A stretch of DNA of 32,000 nt from Vibrio vulnificus CMCP6 (GTDB lineage: Bacteria > Pseudomonadota > Gammaproteobacteria > Enterobacterales > Vibrionaceae): positions 990,001 through 1,022,000 of the forward strand of contig NC_004460.2 of assembly GCF_000039765.1 (NCBI RefSeq), written 5' to 3'. Positions within the stretch are counted from its first letter, which is position 1, and each line of letters begins with the position of its first letter. Shown one piece after another: positions 25,490-32,000 of this stretch. A model generated the notes under the pieces. It saw only the letters and a program-made list of their open reading frames with translations, had not been told where the DNA came from and did not search any database. A program made the position numbers and the translations under genes.

Positions 25490-26653
25490 ATGGGCAAACT
25501 TCGATCTTATTTGCTGCCGATCATACTGCCACTGCTGGCCGTTAGCCTTGTAAGCTGCTCCCAACCACAAACCCCGATAAAAATTGGTGCGGTGCTGCCT
25601 TTGACTGGCACCTTTGCTGTGTATGGTGAGCAAGCCGTCAGAGGCGCCGAGCTTGCAGTTGAACAGATTAATGCCAAAGGTGGTGTCTTGGGGCGTCCAC
25701 TTGAGCTGGTGATCAGAGACAATGCAACGGACCCCGCCAAGACGGTCAAATACAGTCGAGAGCTGATTCTCAATGAGGATGTGTTCGCACTATTAGGCCC
25801 GGTCAGCAGTTCATCGCGTTATGCGATGAGTGAAATCGCCACCGAGCTGCGCACACCTATGTTTTATGGCATCGACTACGAAGGCCGTCACTTCAGCCCT
25901 TATCTCATCTGTTACAGCACCATTCCTGAGCACTATATTGCACCGATTGTCCCTTATTTAGCGGAAAACGTAGGCAGTTCCTTCTACATTTTCGGTTACG
26001 ACTACATATGGCCACACCGCATGTCTCAACGCATTGTCGAAGAAGTCGAGAAAGTGGAAGGCGAAATCAGCGGCATCGAGTTTACCGCCTTTGGTGTCAA
26101 AGATTACACCCCAGTGCTGGAACGCATTAAACGCTCAGGGACAAATGTGCTGATGCTGATCTTGCCGGGCAGTGATGGTTTCAACTTCCTCAAACAGATG
26201 AAAGCGTTTGAATTTGAAAGAGAGATTCAAGTTGTCGCTTTTGCGGCCGATGAAACCTATCTAAGCAATGTGGATTCACAATCGTTACAAGGCGTGATGA
26301 CCGCCCTGCACTTTTTCAGCGGGTTGGATAACGCAGTCGCCCGCGAGTTTGTGCAGAATTATCATCGCTTTCACGGCGCAGATGCCGTAGTCACCTACTC
26401 AAGCAAAGCGCATTACGATCTGATTTATTTAATCAAAGCTGCCATCGAAAAAAGTGGCCGCGTTGATGGGGAGCAGTTATTGATCAACTTACCTGGATTG
26501 ACGCTCTACAGCGGAGAAGACGCCGTTCACTTGCGCAATGATCATCATTTTGATCTACCGATGTACCTCGCTCAGTTCCAACAAGGCGAGCTCAATGTGA
26601 TTCGCAACTTAGGCATCATTAAACCTGAGGATCAAAGAAGCGCGACCGAATGA
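25490..26653 (+). CDS. Periplasmic LivK/Peripla_BP_6-type ligand-binding lipoprotein
   Basis: A lipobox is present (LLAVSLVSC). The family signature is present (IKIGAVLPLTGTFAVYGEQAVRGAELAVEQINAKGGVLGRPLELVIRDNATDP). I start it at the ATG at 25490; the track's GTG at 25439 adds a non-signal-like extension. Confidence 0.85.
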   Translation: MGKLRSYLLPIILPLLAVSLVSCSQPQTPIKIGAVLPLTGTFAVYGEQAVRGAELAVEQINAKGGVLGRPLELVIRDNATDPAKTVKYSRELILNEDVFALLGPVSSSSRYAMSEIATELRTPMFYGIDYEGRHFSPYLICYSTIPEHYIAPIVPYLAENVGSSFYIFGYDYIWPHRMSQRIVEEVEKVEGEISGIEFTAFGVKDYTPVLERIKRSGTNVLMLILPGSDGFNFLKQMKAFEFEREIQVVAFAADETYLSNVDSQSLQGVMTALHFFSGLDNAVAREFVQNYHRFHGADAVVTYSSKAHYDLIYLIKAAIEKSGRVDGEQLLINLPGLTLYSGEDAVHLRNDHHFDLPMYLAQFQQGELNVIRNLGIIKPEDQRSATE

Positions 26654-28473
26654 ATCGACTCAGTTTCAAGATGTTCCTCATCCTGTCTCCTCTCGCCTTA
26701 TTTGTGGCGATATTTGGCTATGTCTATTATCAGGCGCGCATCAACCTGATGGTGGAACATATCCGTCAAAGTAGCCAACTGGCGATTGCACAGGGTGCAA
26801 AAGAGATCAGCCACTACATTGATCGCCGGTTTTCGGAGTTCGATCTGGTCAGTGCGCATCTTGCTCAGTGCCAAGATGAGCATGTAGTGACAGAGAGAAT
26901 GGAGGATGCGATCAGCTTTGCTTCTGGTTTTTCTATGTTGCTGTTAACCGACACCAAAGGCAGCATCATCGATTCGGTGTTTTCCGCCAACAAAAGCAAC
27001 CGCTATATTCTTCGCCAAGACATTTCGGGGTTGATCGCTTACGACGCGTTCACTAAAAAACAGCTATCACTCTCTTATCAGCAGTGGCTTATCGATCAAC
27101 CCATCAATCAAGCCAAAGAGCAGTTGGTGTATGAAAAACTGCAAAAACTCAAATCTCGCGGCGAAGAAAACTCCATCGAGAGTCGCGAGTTACGTAACAA
27201 ACTCAATAACTTAAGAGCGATAAAAAGTTTACCCAGACCCGTGGTCAGCTTAATGCCCGCTGAGTATATCGCGCAGTTAGGGCTCATTTTCGACAGCGAG
27301 ACCTATTTTCTTTCACGCCCTTTGGTCGATTGCGCAGGTGAACTGAAAGGCTACTACACGGCGGTGCTCGATCGCACCTTGATTGAAGATCAGATCTTTG
27401 AAATTAAAAGCACCTTAGTCAATGACAACATCAACCAAGTGGATGTGTCGATCATGACTAAGTTGAATCGTCGTTTGCTGATGCCGACGAAATATCTTAA
27501 TGCCGAGGCGCTCAAAGAGTATGGCCCCAACGCCACAGCTTCACCGTGGCTCAGGCCCGATCTGGGTGGCGTTCTCATCAATCAAGACATCTACATTAGC
27601 CCCTCATGGGGACATCGATTTACCCGAGCCAGCGGGCTCAATGTTGCACAGCATGAGCTGGGCTTATGCTTGCTTGCGTTCATCGATATTGAAGAGTTGA
27701 ACAGTGAAAACCGGCATATTCTACGCGAAGTACTCGCTTATGTCGGCGCCGCGCTGATTATCTTTTTACTGCTGACACTCTACCTTGCACGTTATGTCGG
27801 CGTGCCCATTGAACGTCTGCGTCGCCAAGCCAAAGCACTGGAAAAAGGCAAATCCATTCGCGGTGAGTTGCTTGAACGCAAAGATGAAATTGGTGAGCTG
27901 TTTGCCGCGTTTTACCATATGGCCGAGGCAATCAAAGGCAAAGAACAGCAGCTCACAGTATTGGCACAGCAAGACTCATTAACTGGCGTGTTGAACCGCC
28001 GAGCTCTGATTGAAGCGGCCAACATTCAAAGAAGAGTCAACGACAAGATAGGGGTCTGCATGATGGATTTGGATCACTTCAAAACCATCAATGACGAATA
28101 TGGCCACGCTGCGGGCGACAAGGTTTTGAAAGCGTTTTGTCAGTTAGTTTCTCAAGAAATTCGCCAACAAGATCTGTTTGGCCGCGTCGGGGGCGAAGAG
28201 TTTTGTTTAGTGTTGCCAGATGCAAATTTGGCACAAACCCTGCTTATTGCTGAGCGTATCCGCCTAAGTGCGGAGATGGTACTGGGTTCCGTACTCGAGC
28301 TCGGGGATGATATGAAAGTCACCGTGAGTATTGGTGCCACGTTATGGCAATGCAGCAACTTTGAACGCGCACTCTTCATCGCGGACAAAGCGCTTTATCG
28401 AGCCAAACATGAAGGCAGAAACCAAGTGCAACATGCACTGACTGAGGACGATAACGGTGATTATTACCACTGA
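26650..28473 (+). CDS. Membrane diguanylate cyclase (TM, ~340-aa periplasmic domain, TM, HAMP, GGDEF)
   Basis: HAMP region (VGVPIERLRRQAKALEKG...DEIGELFAAFYHMAEAI) and active site GGEEF. An I-site RQQD lies 5 residues upstream (EIRQQDLFGRVGGEEF). The ATGA overlaps the binding-protein gene. Confidence 0.9.
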   Translation: MNRLSFKMFLILSPLALFVAIFGYVYYQARINLMVEHIRQSSQLAIAQGAKEISHYIDRRFSEFDLVSAHLAQCQDEHVVTERMEDAISFASGFSMLLLTDTKGSIIDSVFSANKSNRYILRQDISGLIAYDAFTKKQLSLSYQQWLIDQPINQAKEQLVYEKLQKLKSRGEENSIESRELRNKLNNLRAIKSLPRPVVSLMPAEYIAQLGLIFDSETYFLSRPLVDCAGELKGYYTAVLDRTLIEDQIFEIKSTLVNDNINQVDVSIMTKLNRRLLMPTKYLNAEALKEYGPNATASPWLRPDLGGVLINQDIYISPSWGHRFTRASGLNVAQHELGLCLLAFIDIEELNSENRHILREVLAYVGAALIIFLLLTLYLARYVGVPIERLRRQAKALEKGKSIRGELLERKDEIGELFAAFYHMAEAIKGKEQQLTVLAQQDSLTGVLNRRALIEAANIQRRVNDKIGVCMMDLDHFKTINDEYGHAAGDKVLKAFCQLVSQEIRQQDLFGRVGGEEFCLVLPDANLAQTLLIAERIRLSAEMVLGSVLELGDDMKVTVSIGATLWQCSNFERALFIADKALYRAKHEGRNQVQHALTEDDNGDYYH

Positions 28474-28912
28474 CAATTTACAGCATAAACAAGTCATTAC
28501 GCTGCTCGAAGAACATCTGCAAGACATGTATGCCACCTCACCAGCGGAGAGTGTCCACGCCCTAGATTTAAGTGCATTGCAACATCCGGATGTGACCTTT
28601 TGGACTGGCTGGCAAAAAGAAACCTTACTCGGTTGCACCGCATTGAAGCGTCTTACGCACCAACATGGTGAACTCAAATCCATGCGCACCACACACGCCG
28701 CCAGAGGCAAAGGGGTGGCCTCCACGCTTTTGCAGCATTTGATTGAGCACGCCAAGCAGCAAGGTTATCAGCAAATCAGTTTAGAGACTGGAACGATGGC
28801 TTTTTTTGCCCCCGCTCGCGCCCTCTACGAGAAATTTGGTTTTGAGTATTGCGCACCTTTTGGCGACTATCAGGAAGACCCAAACAGCTGCTTCATGACG
28901 TTAACACTCTGA
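28457..28912 (+). CDS. GNAT family N-acetyltransferase
   Basis: Motif A region HAARGKGVASTLLQHLIEHAK and C-terminal ARALYEKFGFEY. The GTG start has a GAGGA SD 8 nt upstream and overlaps the cyclase gene by 17 nt. Confidence 0.8.
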   Translation: MIITTDNLQHKQVITLLEEHLQDMYATSPAESVHALDLSALQHPDVTFWTGWQKETLLGCTALKRLTHQHGELKSMRTTHAARGKGVASTLLQHLIEHAKQQGYQQISLETGTMAFFAPARALYEKFGFEYCAPFGDYQEDPNSCFMTLTL

Positions 28913-28922
28913 TCACACTCCA

Positions 28923-28946
28923 ATGTGATTCAGTCACATCTTTTTT
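28923..28946 (+). terminator. Weak candidate terminator of the binding-protein/cyclase/GNAT operon
   Basis: atgtga (28923-28928), ttcag, tcacat (28934-28939), then c and tttttt (28941-28946). The stem is short and AT-rich. Confidence 0.45.
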
Positions 28947-29147
28947 AGCGCTTCCCCACCGATAAGAGGTCACTTCACGGCCTCTTTTGTTTTATTTGTG
29001 ACATCGAATCCGCTTCTCTTTGTTCGATTTACACCAGCATGAATTAAGTCACATAAAATTTATGGATATGGGTGCACACTGAAATCCGTACTCATCGACT
29101 AATGAGGTCGCAATGCAAGGAGCCCCGCGCAAAATGACCTGGAAGAC

Positions 29148-29172
29148 GATCAGGCGGTAACCCCGCCTGATC
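29148..29172 (+). other. Perfect 10-bp GC-rich hairpin in the leader of the EF-G-like gene
   Basis: gatcaggcgg (29148-29157), taacc, ccgcctgatc (29163-29172). No U-tract follows. The stop codon of a 15-codon uORF (29113-29160, with GAGG SD at 29104-29107) sits in the loop. Confidence 0.85.
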
Positions 29173-29221
29173 ATGAGATTTATCGTCCTTCTCTTCTTCC
29201 TCTCTATTGCAAGGAGGCGCT

Positions 29222-31240
29222 ATGCCTATCAACAAAATTCGCAATATCGCGTTTGTGGGTCAGTCTGGTAGCGGTAAAACCACGTTGATCGAAAAATTGC
29301 TTTTTGCTTGCGACGCCACCACTCATCTTGGATCCATTGAAAAAGGCGATACCGTGACCGATTTCGATGACCAATCGATTCAATATCAGCACAGTATCGA
29401 AGCCACTCCCGTCGCTTTAAGCTGGCAAAAACATCGTCTAAACATCATCGATACTCCGGGATTGTCCGAGTTACTCGGTCGCAGTTTGAGTGTCTTTCCC
29501 GCCGTTGAAACGTCGGTGTTGGTGCTGGATCCGCAAATGCCGCTGACCCAAGTGACCGACAAGCTGTTCCAATTTGCTCAGCAGCAGAAAAAATGCCAGA
29601 TGATCATCATCAATAAGTTGGACAACCACGGTAACCAACTTGAGAAACTGTTGGATGAGATTCAAGACCACTTTGGTCATAACTGCTTGCCGATTAACCT
29701 TCCTTCAGCCGATGGCAACGAGGTTGTTGACTGTTTCTTTGAACCTCAATACCAACAAGCGACATTACTAAGCAGTGTTGAAGCCACCCATGAAACCTTG
29801 ATTGACCAAGTGGTGGAAGTGGATGAAGAACTGATGGAGCTCTACCTTGAACAAGGCTCTGAACTTACCCCTGCGCAGTTACACGATCCATTTGAAGAAG
29901 CGTTACGTACCGGGCACGTTGTGCCAATCTGTTTTGCCTCCGCACAGACCGGTGCCGGCATTGAATTGCTGCTGCGCACCTTAGCCGAATTAATGCCAAT
30001 GCCCAACGAAGGCAACCCTCCGTTACTGCAAAAGAACGGAAAGATGATCAAGGTGAATTGCGACACCCTCGAACACACTGTCGCCCATGTTTACAAGATC
30101 AGCGTGGACCCTTACATGGGTAAACTGGCGTATTTACGCGTGTTCCAAGGGGAGATCAACGCAGGTAGCCAACTCTATGTCGGCGAGAGCAATAAAGCGT
30201 TTAAAGTCGGCCATTTGTATCAATTGCAAGGTAAGCAGCGCACGGAAATTTCACGCGCGTTAGCGGGCGATTTTTGCGTCTTGGCTAAAGTGGACGAGTT
30301 GGAGTTTGATTCCATCGTGCACGACTCACATGACGAAGATGACGTGAGCTTGAAAACCCTTCATTTCCCCCAACCGATGTACAGCTTAAGCCTCAAACCC
30401 ACCAAACGTGGCGATGAGCAAAAACTGGGCGAAGTGCTAAATCGTATTGTTAGTGAAGACCCTTCGCTGCGCTTAGAGCATCGCGCGCGCACCAATGAGA
30501 CCATTTTAAGTGGACAAGGCGAGTTCCACCTCAAAATTGCCTTGGAAAAAATGGCAAGCGTATACAAGTTGGAGGTAGACACCGAACAGCCAAGCGTTGA
30601 GTACTTTGAAACCATCACCAAACCCGCTGAAGGGCAATATCGCCATAAAAAACAAAGTGGTGGTGCGGGTCAGTTTGGCGAAGTACACCTCAGTGTGAAA
30701 CCCCTTGAGCGAGGTGCGGGGTTCAAATTCGTCAACAAAGTAGTAGGCGGAGCCATTCCAACCTCATTGATTCCAGCGGTTGAAAAAGGCATCCATCAAG
30801 CACTTGAAGAAGGGGCGATTTCGAATAATCCTATTCGCGACATTGAAGTCACGGTACACGATGGCAAATACCACTCGGTCGATTCTAAAGAGATCGCGTT
30901 TGTCATCGCAGGTAAGAAGGCGTTTCTCGATGCCGTCAAGAAGGCAGACCCGATTGTATTGGAACCGATTGTTCAGTTGGAGCTGACCATTCCGACCAAT
31001 AACGTCGGGGATGTGACTGGCGATCTGTCTGGCAACCGTGGCCTCATTGAGGGCACAGAACCACAAGCGAACAACCTAACTTTAATCAAAGGCAAATCGC
31101 CGCTCAATGAGCTGCAAGACTATGCAAGAAAACTGCGCGCACTGACCGGCGGTGAAGGCAGCTTCAACATGTCGCTCAGCCACTATGAGCCCGCCCCACC
31201 AGCAGTGCAAAAAAGAGTCTGTGAAGAAACCACGTCCTAA
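29222..31240 (+). CDS. EF-G-like translational GTPase paralogue (five-domain EF-G architecture, divergent P-loop)
   Basis: G1 VGQSGSGKTT (canonical EF-G has AHIDAGKTT), G3 IIDTPG, G4 INKLD. Domain IV tip is HDGKYHSVDSKEIAF, and an EFG_C-like end is present. An AAGGAGG SD lies before the ATG at 29222; the track start is TTG at 29207. The gene is not in an rpsL-rpsG-tufA context. Confidence 0.85.
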   Translation: MPINKIRNIAFVGQSGSGKTTLIEKLLFACDATTHLGSIEKGDTVTDFDDQSIQYQHSIEATPVALSWQKHRLNIIDTPGLSELLGRSLSVFPAVETSVLVLDPQMPLTQVTDKLFQFAQQQKKCQMIIINKLDNHGNQLEKLLDEIQDHFGHNCLPINLPSADGNEVVDCFFEPQYQQATLLSSVEATHETLIDQVVEVDEELMELYLEQGSELTPAQLHDPFEEALRTGHVVPICFASAQTGAGIELLLRTLAELMPMPNEGNPPLLQKNGKMIKVNCDTLEHTVAHVYKISVDPYMGKLAYLRVFQGEINAGSQLYVGESNKAFKVGHLYQLQGKQRTEISRALAGDFCVLAKVDELEFDSIVHDSHDEDDVSLKTLHFPQPMYSLSLKPTKRGDEQKLGEVLNRIVSEDPSLRLEHRARTNETILSGQGEFHLKIALEKMASVYKLEVDTEQPSVEYFETITKPAEGQYRHKKQSGGAGQFGEVHLSVKPLERGAGFKFVNKVVGGAIPTSLIPAVEKGIHQALEEGAISNNPIRDIEVTVHDGKYHSVDSKEIAFVIAGKKAFLDAVKKADPIVLEPIVQLELTIPTNNVGDVTGDLSGNRGLIEGTEPQANNLTLIKGKSPLNELQDYARKLRALTGGEGSFNMSLSHYEPAPPAVQKRVCEETTS

Positions 31241-31284
31241 ACGGAAAATTCAGTCACCGTAGACGTTTTTAGCCAACAACACCG

Positions 31285-31325
31285 CAAGGGAGCATCACGC
31301 TCCCTTGTTTATCGCTTCTTTTTAT
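31285..31325 (+). terminator. Rho-independent terminator after the EF-G-like gene
   Basis: caagggagc (31285-31293) pairs with gctcccttg (31299-31307) across a 5-nt loop, followed by T-rich tttatcgcttcttttt. Confidence 0.8.
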
Positions 31326-31409
31326 TTGTTTCGTTGTAAATTGTCTGTACGTAAATGGCTTCTTCGTTTATTGCTTGCTGGCCAAGCAACCGTCGCGGCC
31401 ATCTTTTGA

Positions 31410-31607
31410 CTAACGTTCTTTCGGTTCAGCAATTTGATAGAGCTTATGTTCCGAGCAGGCAGTTTCACAGTTGCAAACTTTATCCACCCCGACGGTATTT
31501 AAACCACCACAACTGCCTTGAATCGCTTTGCGTTTGAACATCACACCAATCGCCATCAAGCCAATCACCAACAGAAAAACGCCGAATGTCACCAACAAAT
31601 TCACCAT
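31410..31607 (-). CDS. NqrM-like (DUF539) small membrane protein
   Basis: 65 aa with a single N-terminal TM (LLVTFGVFLLVIGLMAIGVMF) followed by KRKAIQGSCGGL...CNCETAC. This is the pattern I recognise from (Na+)-NQR maturation factor NqrM. Its ATG lies 1 nt after the upstream gene's TAA. Confidence 0.7.
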   Translation of the reverse strand: MVNLLVTFGVFLLVIGLMAIGVMFKRKAIQGSCGGLNTVGVDKVCNCETACSEHKLYQIAEPKER

Positions 31608-31608
31608 G

Positions 31609-32000
31609 TTATCCCCTTGGACGAATGCGTAATATGGGTGAACAAACCCTTTGATTTGGTTCGCGCGTGGCCACCTTGTTCACCTTGCTCTGCGGGCGAC
31701 AAGCCGATCCACACTGAGAATGAGACCGACATTCACGGCCTTGTGTTGCAGAAGTCATGGGCGTTTTTACTGCGTTGCTCACCTCGTGCAGTGAACAACG
31801 ACCTGCCAGTTGATAGACGCTCACCCCTTTTGACAGCAGTTTGGCTAACGATTTCTGACCAATATTTTTCACCATCAGTTGTGTCACGCCTGCGGCTAAA
31901 AGTTGCTGAACACAACGCGCTTTCTTGGCGCACTCAGCTTGATTGAACGCAGGGTTGGCAAGATACGCCACCACCTCTCCAACGGAATTGATCAACGCGA
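31609..32000 (-). CDS. NifX/NifB-like (dinitrogenase Fe-Mo cofactor-binding fold) protein with a Cys-rich basic tail; the 5' end runs off the window
   Basis: The frame is open to the window edge; the track start is a TTG 5 nt from the end. The segment CAKKARCVQQLLAAGVTQLMVKNIGQKSLAKLLSKGVSVYQ resembles the NifX/NifB C-terminal-domain family. The tail has CRSHSQCGSAC. Confidence 0.55.
   Translation of the reverse strand, partial: ALINSVGEVVAYLANPAFNQAECAKKARCVQQLLAAGVTQLMVKNIGQKSLAKLLSKGVSVYQLAGRCSLHEVSNAVKTPMTSATQGRECRSHSQCGSACRPQSKVNKVATREPNQRVCSPILRIRPRG

Noticed and set aside
28965-28995. Second possible terminator after the GNAT gene (agagg...cctct followed by tttgtttt).
   Set aside because: The stem is only 5 bp with an 11-nt loop, which is too weak to annotate. 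The hairpin at 28923-28946 is marginally better.
1-32000. Search for a defence island, prophage, IS element, integron cassette array, CRISPR array, toxin-antitoxin pair or RNA genes.
   Set aside because: I found no transposase, integrase or recombinase signatures, no long terminal inverted or direct repeats, and no regularly spaced repeats. I also found no tRNA- or rRNA-like sequences and no small paired ORFs typical of TA modules. The only abrupt compositional shifts are short AT-rich intergenic regions.

Overview
The window looks like gamma-proteobacterial chromosome, and gene content and codon style resemble a Vibrio. I cannot confirm the taxon or any family assignment without a database search. 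I support about 27 protein-coding genes plus several intrinsic terminators, one clear SoxR operator/promoter, one in-frame tandem repeat and a few strong hairpins. I found no rRNA, tRNA, CRISPR array, transposase, integrase, integron attC/VCR repeats or recognisable phage or defence genes.

Gene order:
- 1-1342: a partial DUF294-type nucleotidyltransferase-like gene abutting a DEDDh exonuclease
- 1981-3435: a polytopic membrane protein behind a 640-bp AT-rich region
- 3603-6315: an ACT-domain protein, a GNAT-nitrilase fusion and a small MscS-like channel
- 6410-10973 (minus strand): a secreted beta-propeller/phytase-like protein, a GNAT and a large MscS-family channel
- 11467-16387 (minus strand): a small secreted protein and an RND pump with its adaptor
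- 16820-19476: a periplasmic molybdopterin-oxidoreductase-like protein overlapping an orphan hybrid histidine kinase
- 19563-23155: Nudix, PEBP, an AraC regulator and an FeS-type cryptochrome/photolyase
- 23150-24951: soxR divergent from an MFS exporter
- 25490-28912: a LivK-type binding lipoprotein overlapping a membrane diguanylate cyclase and a GNAT
- 29222-31240: a stand-alone EF-G paralogue with a structured leader
- 31410-32000 (minus strand): an NqrM-like peptide adjacent to a NifX-like protein at the window edge

I see no obvious large novel system. The candidates most worth follow-up are two binding-protein plus sensor pairs, the EF-G paralogue with its uORF and hairpin leader, the NifX-like/NqrM-like pair, and an orphan plus-strand terminator with sRNA-like architecture near 11.3 kb. 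All functional calls rest on motif recognition by eye.
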